DNA of 64,000 nucleotides from Leptogorgia sarmentosa (lineage: Eukaryota). Below the pieces are notes generated by a model. That model ran no database searches, was not told where the DNA came from, and saw only the letters and a list, made by a program, of their open reading frames with translations. Shown here piece by piece: positions 63,904 to 64,000 of this stretch (position 1 is its first letter; each line of letters opens with the position of its first letter). The position numbers and the translations under genes were made by a program. The DNA lies in contig OZ210884.1 in the NCBI GenBank assembly GCA_964658305.1, positions 4,030,001 to 4,094,000 of the forward strand, read 5' to 3'.

Positions 63904-64000
63904 CATTGGTTCAGTTCAAAGATGTCTCAACTGGGTTCCCAGACTTCGAAACGAGGGTGATAGTTACTTTCTATCACAATAATTCGAAGTACCATTTGAA
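63904..64000 (+). CDS. Next exon of the unidentified gene (runs off the window)
   Basis: Acceptor TTTGTATTTCAG. The phase-1 join gives ALVQFKDVSTGFPDFETRVIVTFYHNNSKYHL, open to the window end. Confidence 0.5.

Overview
AT-rich, intron-containing animal genomic DNA. A cnidarian (probably anthozoan) origin is inferred from the gene families and repeat types, not proven. All alignments and exon phases were worked out by eye. Genes: (1) a frameshifted class I SAM methyltransferase (-, 2459-3254); (2) a candidate small secreted cationic peptide (+, 14150-14362); (3) two tandem, intronless F-box genes whose C-terminal domain resembles the plant PP2/Nictaba lectin fold (+, 20883-21674 and 23490-24293), of which only copy 2 keeps a polybasic-CaaX tail, each followed by a 66-bp satellite array; (4) a two-exon family-B/adhesion-like 7TM receptor with a somatomedin-B domain (+, 28720-32488); (5) a Shaker/Kv1 potassium channel (-, 35613-45000) with a distant 70-nt first coding exon at 51377-51446 encoding an inactivation-ball-like peptide; (6) a three-exon caspase with an EACRG active site and a basic N-terminus (+, 56282-57847); (7) exons of an unidentified gene running off the right edge. 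The intergenic and intronic DNA holds a deleted DIRS/Ngaro-type tyrosine-recombinase element with nested insertions, three Helentron/DINE-1-like elements, many MITEs (hAT, Harbinger, Tc1/mariner; some nested), palindromic elements and simple repeats. No rRNA, intact tRNA or CRISPR array was seen.
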